Shown here: in pieces, positions 24,599-37,904 of the stretch | How positions within the stretch are numbered: position 1 is the first letter of the stretch | How the letters are laid out: every line of letters begins with the position of its first letter | Assembly (NCBI RefSeq): GCF_006345805.1 | Contig: NC_043002.1 | Span: 12,276,001-12,340,000, forward strand | DNA length: 64,000 nt | From: Octopus sinensis | Lineage: Eukaryota | Direction: 5' to 3' | Translations under genes and position numbers: made by a program | The notes under the pieces: generated by a model | Database searches by the model: none | The model's input: the letters and a program-made list of their open reading frames with translations, nothing else | What the model was told of the DNA's origin: nothing

Positions 24599-24642
24599 GC
24601 CCTATTATTATCATTTTTATTATTATTATTATAATCATCATC

Positions 24643-24674
<32 letters not shown>

Positions 24675-24676
24675 TC

Positions 24677-24772
24677 AGTAGTTTTATTTTTATAGCGTGC
24701 TTTCACTTCACTACCGAGCACAGATCTGTGTGCCTTGGGTATGTGCTGTGATTTGTTGTGATGCTCTGATGG
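24677..24772 (-). mobile_element. Very short LINE 3' end, probably R4/Dong, embedded in (TAA)n
   Basis: A 95-bp unique segment (minus: ...acccaaggcacacagatctgtgctcggtagtgaagtgaaagcacgctataaaaataaaactactg) between two long (TAA)n tracts. Assignment rests on context only. Confidence 0.45.
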
Positions 24773-24840
24773 TTTATTATTATTAATATTATTATTATCA
24801 TTATTATTAATATTGTTATTATTATTATTATTATTATTGT

Positions 24841-24909
<69 letters not shown>

Positions 24910-25003
24910 CATCGCAATGTAAACATGCATAATATATATATATACATAACTACGTACATTCATACACACACACACATATATATATGTATGTGTGTATATA
25001 TAT

Positions 25004-25075
25004 AAATCCTTAAATCCTTAAAATGTTTTTAGCCCGAAGGCGCGGCCATGCTGGGGCAACCACCGCTGGTTTGGG
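25004..25075 (-). mobile_element. Extreme 3' end of a CR1-type LINE
   Basis: Minus: ggttgccccagcatggccgc-gcc ttcg ggc-taaaaacatttt(aaggattt)2, the same catggcc-hairpin-aaac architecture as the other CR1 tails. Confidence 0.55.
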
Positions 25076-25135
25076 CATATCATACACCTATATATATATA
25101 TATATATATATATAGATATATATATATATATATAT

Positions 25136-25188
<53 letters not shown>

Positions 25189-25289
25189 TATATTTAAACA
25201 TAGTAATAGGGTAATAAAAAATAAATTATTATTACCAGTGACCTAGCACAAAAGACGAATTAGTCATTAGACTATATATCATTCATATA

Positions 25290-25493
25290 GAAATACATTA
25301 AAAGGCTTCAAAATAAAGAAGGGAGTGCTAGATACACAAAAAGGGGATAAATTCATGAAAGGAATGAAAATCAAAAACGTTTACCATCTCAGCTAATCCT
25401 GTACCGACGGTTTCATCTTTTTTATAGCAAATGAATATCCCCTTTTTGCGTATCTAGCACTCGCTTCTTTATTTGGAAGCCTTTTAACGTATT

Positions 25494-25538
<45 letters not shown>

Positions 25539-25580
25539 ATTAATACACATACAGCATATATATATATCTATATATATATA

Positions 25581-25627
<47 letters not shown>

Positions 25628-26060
25628 GTATGTATGTATGTATAATAATATAATAATAATAATATAATAATAATTATAATAATAATATAAAGGGTAAAAA
25701 TCATTAGTGATTTTTACCAGCTAGTTAGCGCGGAAATAAAACCTTATAGGGAAATTTTATAATTATATGAATAATTATAACAAGGGCTTGGCTTGTACCT
25801 CACCACGCATTGAGAAATAGAATTCAAACGACACAAGGCAAGCCCTTGTTATAATTATGTATATAATTATAAAATATTTATTCATATGAATGTATATATA
25901 TATATATATATACATACAATATTAAATATGTACATATATACACAAGGGTACTATATGAGTACCTATATCGCTAATGATAGAAGTCATTAGCGACATCTTT
26001 AGCGATATAGGTACTCATGTAGTACCCTTGTGTATATATGTACGTATCTAATATTGTATT
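25290..26060. repeat. Cluster of three unrelated short inverted-repeat elements between (TA)n tracts
   Basis: IRs at about 25292-25350/25435-25495, 25753-25797/25830-25872 and 25914-25973/25998-26057. Confidence 0.7.
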
Positions 26061-26141
26061 ATATATTTTATTATTTACCTGTACGCTGATAATTCGCTTA
26101 CCACTTGTGATGGTATTTTAATAATAACATCTCTTCTCTCC

Positions 26142-26186
<45 letters not shown>

Positions 26187-26718
26187 TATATATGTGTGTG
26201 TGTGTTTGTGTGTGTGTGTGGTGTGTGGTGTGTGTGTGTGTAATGTATATGTGTATCTATATATATATATATATATTTCTCAACACTACCATTAGGTGCA
26301 GTACAATTCTTTCAACAGACGAACGCAACTCGCTCACGACTGGCCACCGACTGGATGACGGCGAGGTGTCTAACCTCTACCTGCGCCATGTCTCCAGCCT
26401 TGCAAGTTGCCTTCCCCATTATATTATTACCACTTAACCTTCTATTACCAAGGATAAATCTGAACAGGTGTTAAATTTAATAGAAAATTATATATGTGAT
26501 ACAAACATTTGATCTGACTTTCCGGGCGAAAACTTCAAAATTTCACGGTCGATGAGGGTCGCCTTGCAGTTGTTCGATTGAACTAAAATTTTGCATAGAT
26601 TGTTATTTTGTTAATTGGGACAAGATAGCGGGGTGGGAGATAAAATTTCAGAAAGCTGAAAAATAACTGTCACTCTAATGTATACACGCACACACTCACA
26701 CCCACACACGTACACACA

Positions 26719-27888
26719 CACAAGACAGAAGTAAATAAACACCCTATAAAACGTTCGTTTTATCTTTAATTTTAACTTGAAAGGGTTTATATTTTTTATT
26801 AATTGACATTTTTATTTTTCAGGTTCTACATGTGACTGTTTAATCTTACCATGTACAAAAGGAGCCTTGGAACAGTCCGGATTTCAAAGGGGTCATATTT
26901 TGGGTAAATCTGAAGGTGGACGTAATCAGCATAAAATCGCAGGAAACCTTGGAATTCCACTTTCTACAGATAATAGAATGATGGTGCAATTCACAAAAGA
27001 GGAGGAGGAATCCACATCACCAAGCCAAGATCAGCCAGCGTCCTCTGACAGAACCCTTCGCTTTGTTAAGAGAAGTGGGGAGGATAATACTCGTTGCAAG
27101 GCCTCTGACATAGCAGAACAAGTTGATGTCAATCCCAAAACAGCTATCAGTTATCTCCACAAACATGGTCACTATGGCAGAGCTCTAAGAAGGAAGCAAC
27201 ATCTTCGAGCAGCCAGTATCAAGCGGGGAATAGATTGGGCCAGTGAAATGGTGCAGAGCCCACTAGCATTTTGAAACACTGTCATATTCTCTGATGAATC
27301 CAGATTTGCTTTAGTTTCTGACAGTGGTTGAGTGTGGGTCTGGAGACTCTGTGATCGAGAATTTGATATGAAAAGATTGCAGCCAACAATGAAATACGGC
27401 GGCTATTCTGTGATAGTCTGTGATAACTCAGATAAATATTTGTCCATATTGCAGAAAGGACTCTTTCCGATCTTCTACATTACTGAAATGATTAGAGAAA
27501 ACTATTTATTGATGGGGCTCCTTGTCACTCGACTAAGATTGGTTGGTAGAGAATGGCATCAAAAAATTTCCATGGAAGCCAGTCACCAGATATGAGCCAT
27601 ACTGGACACATCTGGGGAATTATGGACAGGAAACTTCGTAAAAAGTGCAAGAAATCCAGATCTTTTGAGATTACAACATGAAATTGGCAAGAATGTCCTC
27701 AAGAGAATATTAGTCATCTGATGAATAGCATGTCTCATTGGGGTCCGTGCACTGAAAAATGCAAAGGTGATATCTACTAATTATTAGATATTCACATTAT
27801 AATAATTAATAAATAATTTGAATGTAAAATTTCAGATTAAAGTAAAATGTTAAGGATTATAAGGGAGTCTATTTACTTCTGCCATGTG
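26719..27888 (+). mobile_element. Tc1-like transposon, degenerate
   Basis: Imperfect TIRs cacaagacagaagtaaataaacaccctataa and ttataagggagtctatttacttctgccatgtg. Peptide FQRGHILG...IAGNLGIPLST...VIFSDESRF...VWVWR...LQPTMKYGGYSVIV, then PDMSHTGHIWGIMDRKLR. Confidence 0.85.
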
Positions 27889-27890
27889 TG

Positions 27891-27930
<40 letters not shown>

Positions 27931-27933
<3 letters not shown>

Positions 27934-28124
27934 AGAGTTTAGGAGAAAAAACAACAAAAGACGAAGACAGGTGGTGTACAAAACAAACAGATGTATTAGT
28001 ATAACGCTCAGGAATAGAAAAAGGCTTTTACACTTCGAGCCTACGCTCTTCTACAGAAAGGGACACAGAAAACAAGGAGAGTAAAAAATAGGTGTAGTGG
28101 CTAACGATCTATCATAACGTCTAT

Positions 28125-28126
<2 letters not shown>
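27931..28126 (-). mobile_element. ~195-bp element between two (TA)n tracts, carrying an atypical hammerhead-like motif (probable PLE pseudo-LTR)
   Basis: Minus 28025-28060 reads cttt-CTGTAGAA-gagc gtag gctc-GAAg-tg-TA-aaag. Pure (TA)n lies immediately on both sides. Confidence 0.5.
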
Positions 28127-28164
<38 letters not shown>

Positions 28165-28365
28165 TATATATATTATATATATACACTAAGCTATATCAAT
28201 CACTGTCTTTTTCTTACTATCCTGAGCTGAAGGGAGATGTAAGGCTTCTTATATAAGCAACAGTTGGTCTCCCTCAGAAAGCTTTACCCAAGAATGTACC
28301 TTGGAGGGGAAGATTTCAAAGATACCTACACAATAAAGCGTAGCTAACAAACGGCTTATATAAAT

Positions 28366-28505
28366 CTAGTGGTAATAGGTAGTGGGTTCACGATCAAGAT
28401 GTGATGCGTTCGAATCTAGGACAAGATGGCATGTTAATTTCTTGAGTAAAGCTTTTCATTACACCTTGCAATGTTCTACTCAGCTGCAATACATACTTGC
28501 AGAGT
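28366..28505 (+). mobile_element. Highly degenerate tRNA-derived SINE
   Basis: ctagtggtaata...gcgttcgaatcta followed by cttgagtaaagc...tactcagctgcaa. Confidence 0.4.
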
Positions 28506-29271
28506 ACTGGCGCAACACTAGAACACTCCGACTAATTGCATTCTAGATGTTGCAAAGTGGCAAAGAAGAGAGTGGTGGAGGTTGGACTTCTATCTACATA
28601 TGATTATACACGCTCGAAAGCAATTAGCGGAATATTGGACGTACATGTTACCAATCAAACATGGTTGTAACAGGTGTGTGATATTATACACAGATATACA
28701 GGCATATATGTGTGTGCGTGAATATGCATACGTATATGCATGTATGTATATGTATGTACGTATGTATAAGTATGTGTGTATAAATTTACCTATCTACCTA
28801 TATATATATATATTGACCAGCGTCGTGTTAACATCGTTGTTTTTCGTCCGCCGCTATAGGCATCGCCGATAAGGCTCCTTTCCTCGCGCCAGAGAAAAAA
28901 TTTGTTTGCTTGTTATCAGTCGTAAGACACTTGTTGTTGTTTTCACCGTTAATGCTTCTGTATTTCATGTTTCTGTATTCCATTATTTTTTTGTTTTTTT
29001 ATATTCGTCCCTTTTGCTGTCCTGGTGTCCGTATGCATTCGATCCTTCTTCCAGGAAATCTACGCTCCCAGCTTAGTTTTTCTAATGCTCGTTGCTTAGT
29101 TTTTCTTGGAGGGCTGGCCGTGATCTAGTAATCTCAAGATTAATCAGCCGAAATTACTACGATGATCCGGTTCTTGACTGAAGACTGAGGGTTCGAATGT
29201 CCTGTCCGTGTTTATTGTATCGTCTTCTAAGAGTTATACGTTCTTGTCCATGTTGTATTTTTCTACATACC

Positions 29272-29309
<38 letters not shown>

Positions 29310-29764
29310 TATATGCATTATATATATACATATAATTTATAGAGCGAAACACATGAGTACCAGCTTTACTGAATTTCTATTCGTTCTAGTGCCCTCAAGC
29401 AGCGTGCCTTCAGAATTTTTTTTCGTAGTTTGAGTTGTCACTGCTCTTTCCAGTATGTAATAATTCTTATCGAGGGTCCTCTCTTTATGTTTTGATATAT
29501 ATATATATATGCATATATATAATTCTAATTCGAAATACAGCCATACGCAAATAGCAAAGGCACACATACATGGTGATAAACAAACTCTCGTGTCCTCACT
29601 TATACCCACATGCAAACACACACACATACACACAAACACAAGCACACACACACACATACACACACACACACACAGGGACACACACAGAAAGGGACACTCA
29701 CATCCATCACCCGTTTAGTATACGTAGCATGTGTGGATATACATAGAGTCCAGTAAGAAGAAGA

Positions 29765-29825
<61 letters not shown>

Positions 29826-30037
29826 ATAGTAGTAGTAGTAGTAGTAGTAGAAACTGTTGCTGCTGCTTCTGCTGCTGCTGCTGCTACTGCTGATGTTGAT
29901 GCTGTTAATAGAGAGGAACAAATTTCGAAATATGAATATAACAACAAAATTAACGAAAAAAAAGAAAAAATAAATACTGAAATTGCATACAAAAATGAAA
30001 GTAGTAGTAGTCGCAGCAGCAGTAGTAGGGGTGGTAT

Positions 30038-30091
<54 letters not shown>

Positions 30092-30599
30092 CATAAACGT
30101 TCACAAAATCTCTGTGAAACTTGTTAAAGCCAAACAAATTAATAACGAACATGTAATTTTTAGGGGGGAAAAAGGAAAAATATTTGTTAAGACCTGCAAT
30201 AGCCTGCAGTTATTTACAGCGAAGTAAACAGAGGGATATAGTAAAATGAAATGTATGAAAACGTCTTGATAACATTGTACAACAAAGGACTATAGTTAAA
30301 ATGTATAATTTTAAGCTTTCCGTGATAAAAATGGAAACATAAAACACAAATATTAACTCACCTTCCAGCAAGCTATATCCCCAGGCGTACGTTTTATGCT
30401 GGAATAAATATTGATTGCGGATTGTGTGTTAATATGTGTGTGTGTCAGTGTGTGTGTTTGTGTTTGTGTTTGTGTAACATAAGCCTGCCTTTCACAATCT
30501 TCTTTTTATCTCCTGCCAAAATCTGCAGTGTAAGAGGAAGACGATTATGTGCGTGTGTATAAAGACTTACACGACACACGCACTCACATAAATTCATAT

Positions 30600-30633
30600 G
30601 TGCTCATAACGTGTATGTATATATATATATAAT

Positions 30634-30710
<77 letters not shown>

Positions 30711-30893
30711 TATAATATATATATTATATGTATGTATATATTATAAGTATGTATGTATAGTCATATTAATAATAATATATATATATAAAACGTATATATA
30801 TATATATATTTTCAAAACAATATGTTGTGTGTATATATATATACGCACAAGATTAGTAAATATGCAACAATAGATGGCTGCATTCGGGATATA

Positions 30894-30962
<69 letters not shown>

Positions 30963-31021
30963 ACAAACATATATTAAATGTATTTATATATATAAATGTA
31001 TATATACCTGTACGTATTATG

Positions 31022-31076
<55 letters not shown>

Positions 31077-31364
31077 TAATACGTACAGGTACACACACAC
31101 ACACACATATATATACATATAGAAATACACATATATATATATATGTATACATATGGATGTGTGTATTTCTGTGTATGTATTTAGCAAAAACAATGGAGTG
31201 TATGCCTGTTCATGTCCAATGAAGTATGTATGTAATATACACGTTATCTTACTCTGCGTGTGTGTTACGGTTATGTAGAAATATAATTAATTCTATTGGT
31301 TATGTGAGAGGGAAGCCATGTACGTGAGTCTATACATCTACGCAAACGTCTATAAATATGTATA

Positions 31365-31410
<46 letters not shown>

Positions 31411-31554
31411 CATACATACATATATGAATATGCATATATATATGCACATGTATATGTATAATTGTGTGAATATACACACTTATGTGTCTGCGTCATCGTG
31501 TGTATATGAATATATGTCCTTATGTGTATATATCTATATATTAATATATATATA

Positions 31555-31600
<46 letters not shown>

Positions 31601-31709
31601 GTATATATATGTATGTATACATATATATGTATATATATATGTATGTATATATGTAAGTATGTATATATATATGTATATATATATATATATATTATATATA
31701 TATATATAT

Positions 31710-31756
<47 letters not shown>

Positions 31757-32102
31757 ATATAAGATCAGTAAAGGATATATATATATATATATCGATAAAT
31801 TGTCTTTACAGCGTTTCGTACGCAAAATTATCGCGGCGTGAGAATGCTTATGGATTTATTTTTTTAATTCAATTATTATCTTAAGCATTTATTTATACAC
31901 ACTAATATATGTAATTAAAATTATGTATGAGCGCAGAAGCTATACCTGGGAAATTTATACGGGTGCAACTGGTGCGCACGTGTATATTTCAATATAGATA
32001 TACACTTATATGAATATTTCTGGGTATGGCTGCAAACGTGCTTACTTGCATATATATATGCTTGCATACATACATACATACATACATACATACATACATA
32101 CA

Positions 32103-32134
<32 letters not shown>

Positions 32135-32278
32135 CATACATACATATATTACATATATAGATATATAGATAAATATATGAATATGTATATATATATATAT
32201 ATACGTATATACACATGTTTTGTATATATATGGATATATATATATATATATACGTATATACACGTTTTGTATATATGT

Positions 32279-32313
<35 letters not shown>

Positions 32314-32611
32314 TATGTATACAAACACTTATAGATAAAGTTATACTTGAATCATTAAAAATTTTTATATCCAGGCTTTTATGTATACATAATAGCTCTC
32401 TATATATGTATATATATTATGTGTATATATATATATATATGTGTGTGTGTATGTGTGTGTGTATAAATACATGCATATATATATATATACACATATATAT
32501 TTATGTATGTATGTATATATATGTCTATATATGTATGTATGCATTATGTATGTATGCGTATATATATATATATATTTACATGGGTATCTGAGTATACTGA
32601 TGAATGATGAA

Positions 32612-32656
<45 letters not shown>

Positions 32657-33289
32657 CACGCACACACACGCACACATATGCACACACTTATATATATACA
32701 TACATATATGCACACATATATTGCAAAAACGTGTGTATATACCCGTGTGTACACGTCTGAAACGTATGTATGTATGTGTGTGTGTGTGTATGTATGCATG
32801 TATGTATGTATTTATATGCGTATAAATTTATGTATACATGTATATCTTCCAGATTCCAAGTGGGTATTTTCAAGACTTCAGAAACACCACAATAGATGAA
32901 TCCAAAGTGATAATCTGATTCAGTTTCAACGTTGTGTGTTTCTATTTTGAATTTTAAATCCGAAATTTGCTGAGCACTGTATTGTATAGAATTTTACACC
33001 TTCCCCACGTGGACACACAAACACATACATACACACGCACACACTCACGCACACATATATGTCCACACACACGCACACATATGTACACACACCTACAAAT
33101 ATATACACATTCATGCACAGAATCACTCGAACGTGCGTGCATACGCACATACACACATACACACGCACACACACACACGCACGCATATATGTACACACAT
33201 TCATATATAGACACACGCACTCTTGCATGCACAGACACAGACACATATAAGTATACACGCACAGACACTCACACACACACCTACAGATT

Positions 33290-33327
<38 letters not shown>

Positions 33328-33400
33328 CATGCGCGCACAGAATCACTCAAACGTGCGTGCATACACACACACATACAAATATACATACACACACGCACGC

Positions 33401-33441
<41 letters not shown>

Positions 33442-33480
33442 CAGGCACAGACACTCAAACGTGCGCGCATAGGCACACAC
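30600..33480. repeat. ~2.9-kb compound (TA)n/(CA)n/(CATA)n microsatellite field
   Basis: Direct reading. Includes a ~220-bp duplicated unit (cacagaatcactc.aacgtgcgtgcatac at about 33115 and 33335). Confidence 0.9.
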
Positions 33481-33758
33481 ATCACAGTCAGAAGAACTGT
33501 ATTAACATCTGAGACAAAACAGCATTGGATTCGAACACACGGTTCTAGTGTTGGCAGTTTTATTCAGGGAAGTTTTGTGGAATTCTTTCGCAATCTTTTT
33601 ACCAATTTCGCATACACCTTTACAAATTCTATGTAGGCCACGAATTTCAAAGACATTTCGTAATATTCCCCGCTTCACCGGTCAAATTAAATCATTTCCA
33701 TAACAGCCTTAGTTTGTTTATCATTTAAGGTCGTTCATTTTTAGTTCAAGTTTGTATC

Positions 33759-34338
33759 GGCGCAGGAGTGGCTGTGTGGTAAGAACTTGCTTCCCAACCA
33801 TATGGTTCCGGGTTCAGCCCCACTATGTGGCACCTTGGGCAAATGTATTCTTGGGCAAATGTATTCTCAGTCCGACCAAAAGCTTTGTGAGTGGATTTGG
33901 TAGGCTGAAAGAGGCCTGTCGTATACTCTTTACTCTTTTACTTGTTTCAGTCATTTGACTGCGGCCATGCTGGAGCACCGCCTTTAATCGAGCAACTAAA
34001 CCCCGGGACTTATTCATTGTAAGCCCAGTACTTATTCTATCGGTCTCTTTTGTCGAACCGCTAAGTGACGGGGACATAAACACACCAGCATCGGTTGTCA
34101 AGCAATGTTGGGGGGACAAACACAGACACACAAACACACACATGCATATATATATATATATATATGCATATATACGACGGGCTTCTTTCAGTTTCCATCT
34201 ACCAAATCCACTCATAAGGCTTTGGTCGGCCCGAGGCTATAGTAAAAGACACTTGCCCAAGGTGCCACGCAGTGGGACTGAACCCGGAACCATGTGGTTG
34301 GTAAACAAGCTACTTACCACACAGCCACTCCTGTGCCT
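33759..34338. mobile_element. SINE family C: plus-strand head (33759-33925) abutting a full minus-strand copy (33926-34338)
   Basis: ggcgcaggagtggctgtgtgg...gcaccttgggcaa, then the reverse-complement full copy ending cacagccactcctgtgcc. Confidence 0.85.
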
Positions 34339-34504
34339 GTATATATAAAATATAAATATAAATATTGTTGTGTCCGGGAAGAGTAATTCTCTTTTAGCGC
34401 CTTGTTCTTTAACACACTCACCGATAAAGTTTCCACTCATTTACTTATTTTTCTCAGATTTTCATTGTGTCATGCAATCTTTTCAATAGTCGAGAGTCAA
34501 CGAC

Positions 34505-34875
34505 TCTTTTACTCTTTTACTCTTATACTTGTTTCAGTCATTTGACTGCGGTCATGCTGGGGCACCGCCATTAGTCGAGCAAATCGACCACAGGACTAAT
34601 TCTTTGTAAGCCTAGTATTTACTCTATCGGTTTCTTTTGCCGAACCGCTAGGTTACGGGGACTAAACACCAGAATCGGTTGTCAAGCGATACTGAGGGAA
34701 CAAAGACACACATATTTATACATATACATATATACGACGGGCTTCTTTCAGTTTCCGTCTACCAAATCCACTGCCCGAGGCTAGAGTAGAAGACACTTGC
34801 CCAAGGTGTCACGTAGTGGGACTGAACCCGGAACCATGTGGTTGGTAAGCAAGCTACTTACCACGCAGTCACCTC
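34505..34875 (-). mobile_element. SINE family C
   Basis: Reverse-complement tail, body and head matching the 12.5-kb copy. Confidence 0.85.
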
Positions 34876-34959
34876 AGCTTTTTCCAAACTTCTGTTGGTT
34901 TCGCGAAGGAGTCGGGTTTGACCACTGTGACTAAGGAGTCCTGTCCAGCCCAGTTTTCA

Positions 34960-35567
34960 AATCAGAGTCTTGCGCCGAAAGAGTACAAGTTAGCCAAAAA
35001 TCTCCACTGGCTACTCTGCTGTAAGTATGGATATAAGGTTACGGGTGCTTGGTACCAACATACACCGGAAAAGGTAATGGACGAAAAGGGGAGGGCAAAA
35101 ATCCCCTGGGACTTTGATTACCAGACAGACAAGTTGTTAGAACACCGAAGGGCGGATATCGTAACCTTTAGGAGGGACAAACAAGAGTGCCTAATAATTG
35201 ACGTGGCGGTGCCAGGAGACCAACACATCATTATGAAAGAAAGAGTAAAGATTGATAAATATGGAGACCTGAGAATTGAGATCGCTAAGATGTGGCACCT
35301 ACGGGAGTCAAGCATAAAGTTTATCCCTGTTGTCATCGGAGCATTGGTTTCAATACCACCCAATCTGAAAAAAAGTATCTGAAAACTTTAGGGATACTCT
35401 ACAAACTAGATGTATTGCAAAAGTCGGCATTACTTGGAACTGGACAAATATTGCGTAAAGTACTGTCTGTCTGAGGTCGCTGTTGTGATTGGACAAAGAG
35501 TACAAAACCCTGGTAGACACTATATCTTCAATCAACTGCCTTACGATATTGTATACTGTGCGACGTC
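34960..35567 (+). mobile_element. R4/Dong-clade LINE 3' fragment (RLE domain + 3' UTR)
   Basis: LHWLLCCKYG...WYQHTPEKV...WDFDYQTD...RRADIV...IIDVAVPGD...KIDKYGDL...IPVVIGAL...LQKSALLGTGQILRKVLSV*, followed by (AAT)n. Confidence 0.88.
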
Positions 35568-35630
<63 letters not shown>

Positions 35631-35633
<3 letters not shown>

Positions 35634-35852
35634 CCTTTCTACTAAAGGCACAAGGCCTGAAATTTGGTGGGAGAGGACTATTCGATTACATCGACCCCCC
35701 CCCCCAGTGTTTCACTGATACTTAATTTATCGATCTCGAAGGGATGAAAGGCAAAGTCGACTTCGGCAGAATTTGAACACAGAATGTAAAAACAGACGGA
35801 ATACCGCTAAGCATTTTGCCCGGCTTGCTAATGATTGTGCCAGCTGGCCGCC

Positions 35853-35854
<2 letters not shown>
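35631..35854 (-). mobile_element. SINE family A, alternative-tail variant ending in (ATT)n
   Basis: Minus: ...ggggtcgatgtaatcgaatag...aaatttcaggccttgtgcctttagtagaaaggatt(att)n. Confidence 0.85.
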
Positions 35855-35928
<74 letters not shown>

Positions 35929-36061
35929 CAACAATAATAATAATAATAATATAATAATAATAATAATAATAACAACAACAATAATAATAATAATAATATA
36001 ATAATAACAACAACAACAACAACAACAATAATAATAATAATAATAATATAATAATAACAAC

Positions 36062-36108
<47 letters not shown>

Positions 36109-36117
36109 CAACAATAA

Positions 36118-36150
<33 letters not shown>

Positions 36151-36264
36151 CAACAACAACAACAACAACAACAATAATAATAATAATAACAATAATAATA
36201 ATAATAACAACAACAATAATAATAATAATAATGATTAATAATAGAATTAATTATTAGTAGTAGT

Positions 36265-36830
36265 ATTTCTACTCTAAGCACATGGTCTTGAAAATTTTGC
36301 GAGAAGGGGAAAGTCGATTACATCAACCCAGTGCATGACTGGTACTTATTTTTCGACCCCGAAAGGATGAAAGGTAAAGTTGTCCTCGGCGAAATTTGAA
36401 CGGAGAACGTAGAGGCAGACAAAGTACCGCTAAGCACTTCGCCCGGCGTGCTAACGATTCTGCCAGCTAACCGCCTCAATGGTAATAATAATTAAATACT
36501 AATGATATTGGTGATAGTAATAATAATAATAATAATACTTTCAAATTTTGGCACATGGCCAGCAAGTTCGTGGGAGGGGGTAAGTTTATTACATCGACTT
36601 CAGTACACAACTGGTACTAATTTTATTGACGTCGAAAAGATGAAAATCGTTTCTACTCAGGGCACAAAGCCTGAAATTTTGCGGGGAGGTGGTTGGTCGA
36701 CCCCAGTGTGTAACCGGTATTTATTGTATCGACTCCTGAAAGAATGAAAGACGGTCTCGACCTCAGAATGTAAAGACGGACGAAATGCCACCAAGCGATT
36801 CGCTCGGTTTGCGAACTTTCCTATCAGCAC
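36265..36830 (-). mobile_element. Two or more degenerate SINE family A copies
   Basis: 36265-36478 and 36540-36830 contain reverse-complement family A body motifs (cgaccccgaaaggatgaaagg; gcccggcgtgctaacgattctgccagct). Confidence 0.7.
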
Positions 36831-36864
36831 AAATTATAATGTTGATGCAACTGCAGCTGCTTTG

Positions 36865-37218
36865 CTTGTTTGTTGGTTTGTTGAGCGAAGCGGTTTTCAT
36901 CCACGTGGGAGAAGTCTGAAACTTGGTCCATTGCTATTCGTAAGACCCTCAGAAGAGAAAGCAAGTCAACCCCCGACACCGGGAGCATCGACGGATGGAT
37001 GAATGCGCATCCAGGCTCAGCGGTTGCGTAGCAAGTCGGGGGCAAGAAACAGGAAGAAAGAGTGAGAGAAAGTTGGAGCGAAAGAGTACAACAGGGGGTC
37101 ACCACCACCCACTGCCGGGGCCTCGTGGAGTTTTAGGTGTTTTCGTTCAATAAACACACACTACGCCCGGTCTGGGAATCGAGTCCGCTGCCCTAAACAC
37201 TCGGCCATTGCGCCTCCA
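36865..37218 (-). mobile_element. SINE family B-related variant
   Basis: Shares head ggaggcgcaatggccgagtg and body ctccacgaggccccggcag...caactttctctcactctt with family B, but has a different 3' half. Confidence 0.6.
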
Positions 37219-37904
37219 CAACTGCTACTGTTGCTGCTGCTGATGATGATGATGTTAAGGAGGATGAGTAGGAGGAGGGGAGGAGGAGGATACAGAACAT
37301 ACAAATTTAGTTGAATAAATTGGTTTATCGTGGCCAAGTGGAACATTTTAATTGTTTATATCCAATATTTGCCAATGCTGACCCTCACAAGATTCCATCG
37401 GATCCTCCTGTTTACTTAATTATTAAACAGTTTAGTTTGTGACAACAATATCAATATTTAACATTTAATACTTATATCATATTAATACTCGAATATTTGG
37501 TTTGATTAAATCGATTATACCATTTAATACTCAAGAAATTTTATTACATCAAGTGCATTTTATTACATAAAATGATTTTATTACATAAAATGATTTTATT
37601 ACATGAAATATATGTTTACATATAGTAAATATTTTTTTATATAAAATTAATACTTTTACCCTATGATGTATCATAATTTGAGTCGAATATGTTCGCCATG
37701 TCTATGTAAATATAGAGCAGAGCTTAATATGTCTGTGTGTTAACGAGTGTATATTCTCTTTTTAAGAAACGGGTAACAAGAAAAGTAAATAACTCATATG
37801 AGTAACTACTAAATTTGATTTCATAAAATATGTTTACTCATAAAATATATCGTATTAGAAATGGATTTCTTTTCACGATTGGTGTCATAAGCTGTATGCG
37901 TACA

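Noticed and set aside
29170-29215. ttgaCTGAAGActgagggttcGAAtGTCc as a hammerhead
   Set aside because: No convincing stem I or II pairing and GAAA is incomplete. The surrounding 28820-29270 segment could not be classified.
30741-33636. Many YI/CV/HT-repeat ORFs (also at 5.3-7.3, 50.8-51.4 and 54.3-54.7 kb)
   Set aside because: Translations of (TA)n, (TG)n and (CA)n microsatellites.
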